DNA from: Raillietiella orientalis
Lineage: Eukaryota
Length of the DNA stretch: 64,000 nucleotides
Reading direction: 5' to 3'
Assembly (NCBI GenBank): GCA_036172245.1
Contig: JAYWIR010000010.1
Location: 1,426,001-1,490,000 of the forward strand
This document shows positions 37,271 to 50,535 of the stretch, in pieces. The first letter of the stretch is position 1. Each line of letters opens with the position of its first letter. The position numbers and the translations under genes are program-made. The notes beneath the pieces were generated by a model. The model had not been told where the DNA came from. It did not search any database and was given only the letters and a program-made list of their open reading frames with translations.

Positions 37271-38363
37271 GTTGCCTATTCTTTGTCAAACAGTTCCCTT
37301 AAAATGGTTTAACAAGCAAATTAGGAATTGCTAATCTTAGGAGAAGCGGAATTTTTTCTACAAGGCTGGTCAAATTCTTTGTACAAAAAAACCTTTGCAA
37401 TTAGAAATGTGCATCGTATTCTGCACTTCATAAGCTGCCATTCTTTCAGTTGGTCTTCTATTTGGTACACTTGCGTCAGCTGTCACATCTAGAATTTTTT
37501 TTTGGACTAATGCGATAAAGAATTCAAGCCGAAGTGCATTTGCATGAGTAGAAGAAACTGAAGAAAGATCAAACTGAGAGCTCTGAGGGAGAGAAAGAGA
37601 GAGAAAATAACATGAAGCCACTTCAATGCCAATCTCATTAAGAAGCTGAAATGTCAGAAGACTATAAGTAATCTTTTATTTTGACTGCTTCGTAAGCATT
37701 CATAGGCAGTCTTAAGTGCCACAACATACAATCGATCTATGGGCAGCGATGTCCGCTGCTCTGCTTTGCTAGCATAAAATCCAGTCTTCACATTGACCTC
37801 AGTCAATTAAAAGAGAGCGGGTCACCTTGCTAAAGAACACTGAACACTGAGTTTTTCAAGAGATGCATCATCTTTTTTATTTTCTTTCCACGGTCCACGA
37901 GCAATCTGTTTTCGATTCTGGTCGGATGCCTTGAGTTTGGTGTTTGAATGGTGTCTCTTTTTGAATCCACTGAGTATCAGCACGCGTCAGAGGTCGTGTG
38001 GTTACGGTGGTCTCCGCACGTGGCACCACCAAGCGTCGCGAGCTCGAATACCCCGAACGGAATCGACGCAGGGCGTCGTGGGTTCCGAGTTCCTCCCGCG
38101 AGATGACGCTGGTCGGCCTCCATTCATCCGGCACTGGGAGCGGTTGAAACCGATGAGGGCCGGGACAAATGGGAGTCGACTTCCGGGTCCTTCCAGGAAG
38201 CACGGAGTGGGGAGTTACCACTCTGGCTGTGAAGGAGAGAACCTCTGCGTCGTACTGATGGAGTAGGTGTGCCCTCGCCACCACCTCTCCAGAGAGTGCA
38301 GAGAAGCGAGCCGTTCCCTTCGGCGAAGCTGCGCCCTTCTCAATTTCGGAAGTGTCCCTTCGA

Positions 38364-38535
38364 GGTTCTCTTCAGAGGAGTAAAAAGAGGAGCGGATCCC
38401 CTGCGGGGGATCCCTCCGGAGGAGAAATTCCAGCAGCGGATCCTTTCCGGGTTCTCTTCAGAGAAGAAATAATGGAGCGTACCCCCTCGGGGGTCCCTCC
38501 GGAGAGGATAAGGAAGGAGATTCCCTTCTGGATTC
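38364..38535. repeat. Degenerate ~86-bp tandem duplication with GC-rich internal palindromes
   Basis: ggttctcttcagag at 38364 and 38450. Each unit carries a GGAGCG..CCCC-loop-GGGG..CCCTCC hairpin. Confidence 0.6.
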
Positions 38536-39659
38536 CCCTTCGGAGGCAACCAGGGTGGAGGTGATCTCCATTTCCGGGGATCCCTCCCCAGGCGTGAGAG
38601 GAACGGACTCCGAGTCCCTCCTGGATTCATAGGGCAGAACCCTACCGGGGTACCCCCTATCTTGAAGAATTGCCCATCCTCTGATGGCGTGGAACCGTGT
38701 CGAAGAACTTCGGAGACAGAAAAGACAAAACCGGCGTGGTGCACTTGATATCAAGGAAATTTGAAATTTGAATGCGCAGGTTTTTGACGACGGTGTCTGA
38801 ATTCCGATTCCTGTTGCAGCATATTATTCGTTGAAAGAATGTAGTGGCACATACATAAGCATGGAGGTTCTTTTTGATGTTTATCCACTATTTACAGATC
38901 ACGAAAATTTTCGGGACAAACCCGCTTCCCTTGTTCGCTCCAGCTTCGGCGTGTCGTTTCGAAAAGAAAAAGAGAAAAGTGCACTTTCTATCCCTACACC
39001 GTAGTCAGAGTAGGCGTTCACTCCCTTATTCAAGGCCAGGGGATGGAACCGGCTGGGTACACCGGTTCACAAAGGCAAACAAACCACACTTCACGGTATA
39101 CCACAAATTGAAGATCGATCGAGTCATCTCAGCCTTGGGAAACTTGGCCACTGACATATCAACGAATCCAAGCTGCCTTTGTACAACACTTCGGCGACAC
39201 CGAAAAGTGTTGCAAGCAGCGGCAGGCCCAAGGAGCTTGGGAACATCTCTTTTGAGGAGATCATGAGAAGTCGCCGCCGTTCTGAAGTACCGTACTGTAC
39301 ACTCCATTTCCAAAGGAGCGGGTGAAACCTGGGCACGAGTTTCCCTTCCGGGTCAGGTTCATCGCCGCTCCCAAAGCCCAAAGGGACCCTGATGTACATG
39401 TGCTAAGTGTACACGAGCGATCGGGAAAGGTCGACTGCAATCGAGGGACGTCGAAAGGATCCCTTGCGAGGGGGGGGGGGGAGGGAGGGAGGGGGCAGGG
39501 GGCCCAGGCTACTGCATCGCAGGGAGCCGTTCGATTTTTCCACCAAGCTGCCTCCCATTTCTAATTTGCAGCCACACGGGGATCGAATTTTTTGCAGCCC
39601 TCCCGCCGGCCAGCCTTTGCCTTGCATGTGCGGAACGTACATGGAAAAAGTGATGTGAT

Positions 39660-39772
39660 TTTGTTGACACGTCAGGAGCGAAGTATGGCGGACCGTCACT
39701 CGGTGCAGCAGTGCAAAATGTGTTAACACAGTCTGTGGAGGCTTTTGTGGAAGGAATCCCCAACTAGCTATG
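39660..39772 (+). promoter_or_regulatory. Probable delta-COP promoter/first exon with a CRE/UPRE-like (TGACGTGTCA) and a YY1-like (ATGGCGG) motif
   Basis: tgacacgtca at 39665-39674, atggcgg at 39685-39691, ATG|GTGAGT at 39770-39778. Confidence 0.5.
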
Positions 39773-42440
39773 GTGAGTTCCCGCGGTAAAATTGTTTCAA
39801 AGGAAGGAAAATCGCGTATTTGTGCAGTCCATGAAAAGTGCCCGCCGTCGAAATTTTGCAGGAGGTGTGTGCACGTTGCAACGAAAAAGTTTCCATTCAC
39901 CATAACGTCCCGCGTGATAGGGATTTCCACGAGTACAGATAATGTCGATTTTTGCCACACTTCACTATTTTCGAGATCATTAACGGTTTTTGCATTCGAA
40001 AGACAGTACGGTAACCACAGTTGATGTAAGCTGTGATTCATGCAGATTGGTCTTATTCACCATTCACCAAACGTTTAACCCCCCTCCCCCACGAAAATCA
40101 TTATTTTCAGTCTGCTAGTGTTATTATCACTACCGGCCCCCATCAAAGCTTAACCATTTGAGGAGAGAAGGTGGTTTGATTACCAAAGAAAAATTTGATT
40201 TATTCTGATAATGGTTTCAAAATGTGGGCAGACTGGCCCATGTATTAAATAGCAATGTTTTCTACGTTTAGCACGAAAACCAGGTGACATTCAGGTATTG
40301 AAAAATAACAGGAGATACGTAAATGGTATAAAGCACTTAACACTTTATACATTTCAAGAAAATAGGAATCTGTGTTACAAATTTCAAACTAGACCAGAAG
40401 AAAAACTAGGGAAACCAAAGATGAATGTATTCGAATATATTCATGAGGCATCTTAAGAAGCTGAAGAAAGGTCATTTTATTTTTTTGCACATGCTTCATG
40501 TTTTGAATATTAATAGTATTATGATAGGTTTGTTAAAAATATTTGGAGCCATTAATGAAAGTTGGATTATGAAAGTCCCTTTTTTTTTTTTCGTTATAAT
40601 GCTGCATGTATATCTTTGGTAGTTTGTACAGAATTAACTGGCATTGTTTGTTCTAGGTGCTTCTTGCTGCAGCAGTCTGCACAAAGCTGGGAAAAGGTAC
40701 AAACTGTGTTACTGAAAATTAAATTTTGACTATTCTGTTTTCAAACTCCTGCATAGTTAAAAATGCTGTACATTGATTTCTGTGATCTTTTACTTCCAGT
40801 ACTGCTATCCAGGCAGTTTGTGGAAATGACCAAAACCCGAATTGAGGGTTTACTAGCAGCATTTCCCAAGTTACTGTCAACGGATAAACAGCACACCTTT
40901 GTGGAAACAGAAGCTGTGCGTTATGTTTATCAACCTTTGGATCAGCTTTACATGGTTTTAATTACAACAAAGGCAAGCAATATTTTGGAGGATCTGGAGA
41001 CTTTGAGGCTGTTTTCTCGGGTGGTGAGTGATATAAGTCCTGTGCAGTTCATTTGCTGTAGATTTCTGAATACAGCAAGACATTGGCAGAAGCTGACATC
41101 TTAGAGAATGCCTTCAGCTTGCTGTTTGCTTTTGATGAAATTGTGGCTTTAGGCTATCGAGAGAATGTTACTCTACCTCAAGTTCGTGCTTTCTTGGAAA
41201 TGGATTCCCATGAAGAAAAAGTATTTCAAGCTGTTAGACAATCTCAAGAAAGAGAAGCACGACAGAAGAGTCGTGATAAAGCTAAAGAGCTACAGCGGTT
41301 ACGTGTGGAACAAGGAAAATCAGGGCAGAGATCTGGGTTGATAAGCAGCAATGTTGTGTCTGCTCCTACCATTATTGCAGATGTAGAAAAACCATTAACT
41401 GAGGTCAAACCTACCTATAGCATTCCTAGGTTGGTTGTTTATATTTTTCTCTGATTTACACATTTTCTCAATAGCCGTACATTAGAACCCCATCGTATCA
41501 TGAAGTTAACTACCAAGGCTACTATTGTTGATTCATTTGTAGACCAACTAAAATTAGAAGGAGAGAAGGTGGTTTCTGACAGAAAATCTGCTAATGGTCC
41601 AGGAATACACAGTTCTGAACCTTCAGCACCGTGAGTAGCCACATTATTTTTTTTATGGCATCTAACTGGATCATAGAGTACATTTGCGCATAGAAGAGAA
41701 GTTGTCATTATCCATGGGCCGTGATGGGGGGCTGCATTCTTTGGAAGCAACAGGACTTCTGATGCTTCATATTGCAGATGAACATTTTGGTTGCATTCGA
41801 GTGCAATTGGACATTACTGAGCAACCAGGTGTTCAGTTACAAACACATCCCAACATAGACAAAGAGCTGTTTCGTTCTCAATCCCAGTTGGGTCTGAAAA
41901 ATGCTACCAAACCATTTCCTTTGCATTCTGATGTTGGTGTTCTTAAATGGCGCTTTCAGTCACAAGATGACTCTTTGGTGCCATTGAGCATCAACTGCTG
42001 GCCTGAAGAGAATGGGCAAGGCGGGTGTGATGTGAACATTGAGTACAGTCTGGAGCGAGAAGATCAAGAACTGTATGGTGTTACAATTACAATTCCTTTA
42101 CCGTAAGAAAACTGCCTTGCTATAATTCTATCAACTACGACTAATTTTCAGCTCTGGAGCAGGAGCTCCATTGGTCAGGGAGTTTGATGGGGAATATAGT
42201 TATGAAAAAGGCCATCTTGTGTGGAAGATTCCTCTTATCAATGCTTCCTGCAAATCCAGTTGTATGGAATTCACTTGTAAGGGTGTTTCAGGTGATTTCT
42301 TTCCTGTCCAAGTGGCCTTCACGAACTTGCTTCCTTTTGTGAATGTGGGAATACTGGGGGTTTTACCCCTTGGGGAAGCTGATTTTGTCAAGCATTCCGT
42401 AGAGAGATCATATTTCACAGAAAAATACGAAGTGCTTTGA
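39770..42440 (+). CDS. ARCN1: Coatomer subunit delta (delta-COP, archain)
   Basis: Exons: 39770-39772 (ATG|gtgagt), 40657-40696 ([13 protein letters not shown]), 40800-41023 ([22 protein letters not shown]...[13 protein letters not shown]), 41062-41429 ([15 protein letters not shown]), 41475-41630, 41677-42102 ([11 protein letters not shown]...VGVLKWR...PLSINCWP), 42152-42440. All GT-AG and phases join. AATAAA at about 42546, 42654 and 42733. Confidence 0.97.
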
Positions 42441-44179
42441 AAAGGGCTTAGATTGCATGTTAGATCTGCCAGATCATCTGCCAGATTGTTGTTGCCTTGC
42501 TTAGCAGTGGCATCCAAAAGACTTGGCAGAAAGCCATGTTTAAAGAATAAAACTGATTGCTGCAGATGCAAAATAGAGGTTCAGTCAAGAGGTTTGTTTG
42601 AAGGATTAGTTTGTGGGATAAATTTCTTTATGGAGGGAAACTAAAATTAAAAGAATAAACAGACTGTGATGGAAAGATGTACTCAAGAAAGCAAGTGGAT
42701 GTGCAGGAAGAGTTTATTATATATGTTGGCAAAATAAAAATTTGTGCTTCATCGCACTCTATATGAAAGTCATAAGCAAACTTGATTTCCATTTGGATTT
42801 TCCTTGTTTAAAACCTTACGTAGAGCTCTACAAAAGGCATTAAAAATCTCAAATTAAGAGAGATCTTGGTAACATGCAGCTACTTTCTAATTGCATCACA
42901 TAATTCAGCATTAGTAGTAGTCTGTCACTCCTTACAATCTGATACTGCACCATCAATGTTTTAACAAGCTTTTGAGAGCCTTGAGTGTGCATTTATGCTC
43001 TGTAAGTTCACCCCAAGGAAAATGCTTTAGTGAACCTAGGAATACAAATGGTTTAATGACAAGTGTCAAGCACATGTGAAAAATGAGAACATACAGTTAG
43101 AATATTTGAACCCATTTTCCGTTTTTCCCTTTAGTCATCAAAATGACGAAGTTGCAAAGCTTCAAAGACCAGAAACAAAGGAGATAACCTTCAGTTGTCA
43201 AATCTTGTTTGGGAAGCATAACACAGCAAAATAAACAATTGAATTTACTCAAGAGAATGGAGTTACAAGATGCAATAGTTGCATTTGTGGATCCCACCAG
43301 GGAACATGTGTTATGCCCTGTTACTGGACTCAGGAACTTTCTGCTTATTGTGCATGCTTAACATATTTCAGTATTGTTTCTTATTGAGCTTGCATTCATT
43401 GTTGGCATTAGGTTCATTACCTCTTGGTGGCTTTTTGAGCAGGACATCAGTACCTCACTGTCTTATTCAGTGTTAGAAGTATATGAATATCAGTTTACAC
43501 TACAGCTAAGGTGAACAGAGTTGAAACAGTAGGACCTCTCACCCCCTTGCATTCTCTTCTGTAATCCCAGAACACGCTTATTTTGAATGAATGTCATTAT
43601 CGGCTTAATATTTGATACTCCACTGGTGCAATGACCATTTTTGAAACTGGACATGATTCTAGGAGCTTGTACTTCTGCGGTAGGATTATTGATATCAATA
43701 TTCCATAGCTATTCAACATACCACGTGCCCTAGCCTGGTTTCCCATTCAAGGTCATTCGTAGTTAATAAAACTCATTATGCACGAACATTATCAGAATTA
43801 TGGGATTTCTTTCATGTTCCAACTCGATTGCTTAGTTATTTCTGCTGCATCTTGCTGATATAGTTGTACAATCCGTTAACAAAATAAGTGTCATTGGGCG
43901 CGTAGCCGTTTAATGCCATGTTCCTGTTTTTGCATTCAGGAATTGCAAACTGGAAGTACCAGTGACATAGAATGTTCATTTCGGCCTTTCAACAGTTAAA
44001 ACCATGTTTTTTTTTTTTCTTTTTTTTTACTTTTGTCCATTTGAATTTATTGACTATTCTTAAAGTAGCAACTTCGTTGTCGAGTTTTCCGATGCATTCT
44101 GATAGTCGCGTGCTAGCAGCAAGACAGTGTACAGTTGAACATAATATTGCTTTCGTGAGGTACTCTCCCTACTTTTTGG

Positions 44180-47100
44180 AAAGTATCGTAATATGTGGTC
44201 CATGGCCAGGTCTCAAGATCACAAAGATGCTACCATCATATCCCAAAGATGTTTACGCCCCTTTTCCCGTCTTTGCTCTTTTACTGTTACTGAATAACTC
44301 ATAGGTGCCAGCGGCGCCCAGGATGAATGTGGGGATGGATGAGCACTTTCTCTGGTGCACCACTTTAGCTTCCGGAGTTCGTTTCCGGAGTGGTCTTAGC
44401 TACCGAATCCTATTGTTTCCATACGTGTACTGATCTGATCACTTTGTCTTTTCGTCACACGCTTTGGTAGTAAATGCATCTGTTAAGTATGTCTTAGGGA
44501 TTCCTCCAATCTTCCACACCTGCATGGCCGCTCCTGCAGTGGTGCCGCATGTTTGCATCTATAATTGCCGACCGAAAGTTTTCTCCGTTATACAGAAATG
44601 ACCCAAGTCCAATCCTTACAACTCAGCCCTTTAACGAACTTACAACGAACTTTAACGCTTGGTGGCAGGAATCGTTGCATGCCTGGGCAAAGCAACAGGA
44701 TGTTTCCCTCTTGGAACTCCGTTGCGCCAACCTTTCTCCGTACTGTACGGTGGATGAAGTCTGGAACAGCCAGGAGAAGTGGACTCGCCTGGCCGTCACG
44801 CCCCTCGCCGACGCGCTGTCAGCCCTCGGGGCAAGTGATGACAAATGCCTATCGGCGAGGTGGGAGGTCGCCTGCACCATCGCAGGAACAACCTGACCCA
44901 CCTGCTAGCTGGCAGACGCCTCCACGCCTCGCAACATCCCGAAGGGACTCCTTCGGTGGAGTGAACACTTGAGTGTGCCCCCCGAAGAACTTGTGGTCCC
45001 TCCCTCGTGTCTGAACACTTCTGTGTTCCCTCTAAACTGGAAACAGGACGTCATCATGCTGGTGCATTGGGCTTTTCACTCCAACCAGCGGACGAACCGT
45101 GTTTACGGGGTAGATGTGTCCCCGAACTGTAAACGGTGCGGGGTCGTGGAAGCGCTCCCGCACCTCCTCTTGGGCTGCGGTGCCCTCCAAGGACTGTGGC
45201 GGAGACTGGCCTCAGCTCTCCTTCACCAGGAGGACATCGCAGCAGACTTGATGCGCCGCTTCCTCACGCCTGGCCACCTGTCATCGCAACGGTCTCTTGC
45301 ACCCGTGCCATCGCTGAGACCCACCGAGAGCTGGAGAAGCTGGCGATTCGTCGTCAGGCCACCGGAATAGCCGGCGTGAACATGGCGTCGGCTGCCGAGT
45401 GGGCCCATCTTCCAGAGGGCGTTAGGAGCGAGATCACCGGCATCCATAGCCGGTGATCGGAAAGAAAGGAACGGCCAAAACCAAAGACCCCTGTCCCCAC
45501 CCCTCCCCATATCTTTATTTCTATTTTTTAAATGTGTATTTGTGGTCCCCTCCCTTCCGTTCCGAACTTTCGGTATACCGACCTGCGTGTCGGGGATCCC
45601 CTCCTTCGTTTTTTCTGTGTTCTTTGTCCGGGAACTCTGTTCCTGGATAGTTTAGCAATAAACGCCCCGGCGTACCCGGGTGAGCAGACCTTGCCTTCCC
45701 TCGATATGAACGCTTGTCAATGCAGGAGGTTCACACTGCCTTGCAGTGATTCGTCCTTGGGCTTGAGATACGTTTCTTCCTCATAAATGCAACAACCGTG
45801 GAGCCTCCAAATGTAATTCGAAGAAATTCTTTTTCAAATACTTACTTCACCTTCATTTTGCCTTTCCATCGTCCAGATATTTCATATATCGCTACTGGAT
45901 TTAGTCCACCTTGCATTCACCGCTCTGTACATAAATTCATTCAGTTCTTCATCGTTTGTTGGTCATGCTTGGGTAATTTTCCTTACTACCATTTGCAGCA
46001 TCTTCTGGGATGAGTCTTCCGGATAAAGAGAGGTTAACAGTTTAAAACAGTTGTCGAGAGCGAAGTTGTCGGCCACTTCTGGTAATTTGGGCACACAAAA
46101 TGCATCCTTCTGAACTGTTGGCATATACACACTCATTTGCCTTCTTGACTGGTAGATTAGCACATTGTTTGTACAGTGGTCTCATGCTAGGTTCAGGAAA
46201 GTCCACTCCGCCTCTTCGAATATTCCTAAACGTTGATGGTGCACGAAGCTTCTCAAGAAACAGTTTCAGGGAGCTCAGCTTCTGCCATGCAAACAACGCA
46301 TAATCCATTATGGCTCGTCTTTTCTAAAATTTGCTGTTTAGTGGGTTCAGTTGAAAACAAATTCTAGCCAGATAGTTGGTCAAGGTGTCTGTATGCCTAA
46401 CCGAAGTCCAATATCTCAAGGTCCCTTCCATCAATCTTGACAGTGGTTTTTCTTATTCGTCTTGTCTTTGTTCCAAGATGTGGTGAAGCGCACGTGTTGG
46501 ATTTTATGGGTAACTTTTTGGCATAGTTCGTAAAATATGCATAGGTGCTCACGTATCCCTCCCTCTGATTCATCTATCTATGCCAGCTTGTCTGCGTATG
46601 CTAGAGCAAGGTGCTCTTCCATTTTACGTAAAATAGATTCAATAGTATATTGACAAGCAGGGAGCTAAGGGACAACCCTGCTCTACCCCTTGACAAATCT
46701 GAATGTCTTTGGTGGTCAAGGATATTGTCTGTGCAAGCATGTAGGCTTCCAGTAGTCAAGGAGTTTGATGATAAGATTTCTGAAACCATGTGTGGAAGAT
46801 TCCTTTTATCAATGCTTCCTGCAAGCGGAGGAGGGTATCTTCCAAAACATCAGCAGAGATGTTTCGGAAGATCCCGCCTCTTTCGCTCTCTCTCAGGATC
46901 ATATGCAGCAGCCTGTGCGGGATCATCCCAGTACTTATCTAAGGTCCACGGACGCAATGCCCATGACCTAGAGCAGTCAAGTACAGTTTGAATTATTTTG
47001 TTTTGCTTTGTTTTTTGAACTTCACCATATAGAAGAATTCCCTTCTGCTATGGGCAGATGACCTGGTTGTTGATGAGCTACTCCAAGTCTTCTAGGCAAG

Positions 47101-48500
47101 CATTTTGTATGCATATGATAGATCCAATTGTCGATAGATGCCAGTCCTACCCAGTTAGTTTCTACAGCCCTGGAGATAATTTTAGGAGTAACATCGACTT
47201 CAAAGCTGCAAGTGCATTAGCGTTCTCCTTAGTCTGAAGCACATCTTGAAAATATGTGTTCGTATTGCTGTTTCTGAATCCACCGACTTTCAGGCATGGC
47301 AGGCTATTCCATTGGATCCTTCTTCCTATCTCGATGTTCTTCAGTATCATGGAGTCTATTGACGATTCTTCTACAAAATTGTGATCAAAGTGCTCTTTTT
47401 CCCCCGAATAGAATGCTGCAATTCATGTCCGTTAATGTAAGAATTGTACTCATTGCCTTTCGTCATTGATATAGGATAATCTGTATATGGAATCTCTGCG
47501 ATTCATTGTATCTACCTGCTTCTTTGCCGAAGTTCATCGTATCTACTTTGGTAGGACGTTACCAACTTTTTCGATTAGTTGAATCCGTTTTTTTTTAAAG
47601 CTATCCCAGAATAGGTCCTCCGTATTATTTAATTCCTGAAACCTCATGATTTCATTTTTATGCCGGAACAAAAACTCCTTCAGCTCTGGTTTTCGTTTTG
47701 GTTTCCTTTTGTTCAACTTCACCTAGTTTTTGCTGCGGTTGGCAGTTTTAAATCTGCTTTCTCCATTCCTATTTCCGGATGTTTATCTTTTATCGTTTTC
47801 CATAGCGTGCGGCCTATGTTGATTTCATTCCTTTTGGCTGTTTTCAGCTCTTGAGCTGTTTTGCTGTCTCATGTTTGTCATTGCTTGACCCTGATCTTCG
47901 AGGCTGCCTCGTTCCATCTCTTTCCCACTCTAATTGCTGTTTGCAGCACTGCAGTGCGTCTTGACATAGAAGTCGATTCATTGGTCCTTGAATAAGGACG
48001 AAATGCCGAGTTTTTTCATATGACGCAGCCCTTCCTGATTCTTCCTTCTTTACTGTGAAACTTACATTGGAAATGTCTTGTGTCCCTTCCTTCCTTACTG
48101 CGATTAAGCAGCTTGCACTTTCTGGCAAAAATGTAGTCTCCTGAGAGTCGTATTTTAGTACATTTAAATGCATGTCTTGCACCCCTGTTTCCATTTCCCT
48201 CCTAGAGTAGTGCCTCTTTTCACATAGGAATTGTATACATATGACCTGTAACCGTCAGGAATGTCGGATTCTCTCCTATATCCTTTCAGCTTTCATCATG
48301 TGTAAATCATTAGGGTTTCTCCCTGTGTCCATGTCCGTTGAAATGCTTGTTTCACTTCAGAGACTTATGCATCGGCTATTCCTCCGAAGCTGTGGAATCC
48401 CTTATCTCTAGATATCCTTGTTACATAGTATTTTTCTTAGGTCTCTGATCCACCTTTACATGCCATCATGTGTTTGCTGAAAAACCCCCATGACGCATTC
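44180..48500 (-). mobile_element. Longer decayed R2-group (Utopia/NeSL-like) non-LTR retrotransposon, interrupted by a nested LINE
   Basis: Minus-strand motifs in order: QVICP*QKG (~47050), GVEQGCPLAP (~46680), AYADKLA (~46595), IMDYALFAWQKLSSLKLFL, LPVKKANECVYA, DNCFKLLTS, then beyond the insertion GSFLYNG, CRCGRLEESLRH and TFILGAAGTY. Same motif series as 12790-14300. The 5' boundary is uncertain. Confidence 0.75.
44628..45682 (+). mobile_element. 5'-truncated L1/Tx1-type non-LTR retrotransposon (zf-RVT plus 3' UTR) nested in the Utopia-like element
   Basis: VSPNCKRCGVVEALPHLLLGCGALQGLW (CX2C...H...C...W). GC-richer than its flanks. AATAAA at 45658-45663. AGC at both junctions (44625-44627 and 45683-45685). 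Confidence 0.8.
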
Positions 48501-50535
48501 TGATCTACTGCATTCGACTCCTAATGTTCCCACAGTGGATGCCGGTACTACTGGAAACCCCCCACGGGAATCACACGTTTCTGAATTAGAGTTCTTCTTG
48601 CTTTTGATTGCACCTCTTTTTGTACATGTGTTTTATTTCCGGGCTAACTTCATGAAATTCTTTGATGTGTCTTTTAATTCTATGTACCTGACCTCGCTCA
48701 CTTTGAAATAAAGTCGCAGATTTGAAGCAGACAGGCTACGGACAAGAACAACGTGGGAAGAAATATCGGGGACTTTCTAAAATAACCGCTTTGAAGCCTC
48801 TTGGACAGTCTAAAATTCCATTACGGAAGTGCTGCCCCAAGAACACAGAGCTTCGAGTTTGTTTTCATATTTACCTATTCTGTTTTCAGGAGCCTTGCAC
48901 CTTAGGCGTCCTTTACTTTTTGGTATCAGAACCTTGATGGATAATTTTCCCACAAATTCCTCTTCAGCTTATGCAGCTACTATAGCTATGAAATTATATT
49001 TCATTTTCTATGAAATCGATTTCTGTAGGCAGCTTAGCTGCACTCATTTCATGTTGGGTCAGAACCAAGCTTACATAGCGAACTGTTGTCTCTTCCTTGC
49101 CCTCGAAAGCTGGTAACATAATTTATAAAAAGTGTTTGTGTTCTATGTGGACTTTTTTTTTTTTTAATTGTAGTATACTTGGTTTAGGATTCAAGTTCCT
49201 AAGAAGGATGTTTCATTTGCCTTGATAACTTGTTTCTCCAGAGATCTCGTCCATGTATAAAAGTAAACACTGAAAGAGTTAGCACTCCACAGGATGATAG
49301 GAAACGACTAGTACTCGGTTTCAGAAATTCATAAATGTCCAAAGATTGTAAATGCACTGCCCAGTAAACGAGAGCTTGTTTAATTCCTCCGAAAAGGGAT
49401 AGATTTAAGTAGTCTAAAAATGACGGAATCCTAAAGCTATTTACTCTAAAGCGAAAACAGCTAAATAGGATGTTTAGTGTTCCACTATTCATTTACTTGT
49501 TTTCTAAACTAAGAAATTTCACAAGATAGATTTGTGACTCCCAACGTTTGCAAATTTGAAACCCATGTTCCCATAGAATTATTAGTGTTTTCATCTAGCC
49601 ACTAACAGTTGATTAAGTGGCAGCATGCTTTTCTTGTCAGTTAATTAGATGGTCTATAAGTTCGGGGCTAAAGCAATTTCAAAGCCTCGATTCCTTAGAG
49701 CATTTTCAGCATTACATCAACTGCCACGTTGTTACCTCATTTGCTATTTATTAATTTTTCACGTTTACCTATCGCTTATTGGATAAAATTGATGATGAAT
49801 AGTGTTCTGAAAATAAATTGCATTTCAATTCATGTCTTTTGGAATTCTAATTAGACACTCGGATGCTGGAGGTTGTCGTGATCTGGCAGTATCCGAACCG
49901 CGGCAACCGCGCTCCGGTGAGCCTCGGGCTGTGTGTGGTGGGTGGACTGCGGCTGCGATGGCGCCCCTGCGGGAAGCTTTCGAAGTTGGCAACCGCAACA
50001 CAAACAAACAAGAAAACGAAAGTATTTCGAAGAATATGCAAAAACTTCCAGTGAAAGTATCCGTAAATATTAAATGCGGTTGACTTTGCAGACCCTGCCG
50101 CGCCAGAATGCGCGATTAAAATGTTTATGTTTTTTTTTTCCGGCATTACTAATATTACTGTAGCCCCGTAATTTCTGCTTCCCGAATATCCATGCAGAGA
50201 TTCTTAAAAGCATATCAGAGCGTGATGTCGTTTCAGTAGATTTGTTTATTTCATAGAGCATTTTTTTCACGGAACATCCCTAGACAAGATGAATGTAAAT
50301 AAAAGTGAGTATTTGAAAGACAATGGATTCTTTGGTAATATTCGGGAACCAAAAATAAGAAAACTAGGAACTACAAAGCATTCTTGTGAAAGTTGTCTTA
50401 CTGTGTTAATGTTTTAGCAGTTAAGTTTCAGCAGTGTGTTTTGATGCAATGTGGGAAATTTGATAGCTCCAATACAAATCATTTCTTTTGCAGAGAATAA
50501 ATTTTACCTTGTTTGGAATTTGTGTGCAGCAAAAA

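Noticed and set aside
39403..40041. 212-aa minus-strand ORF, with an SDGPPYF integrase-like word in another frame
   Set aside because: It overlaps the delta-COP promoter, first exon and intron 1, and no other integrase motifs are present.
43400..49900. U2 or spliced-leader sequence flanking the second Utopia-like element
   Set aside because: I searched both ends by eye and found no match.
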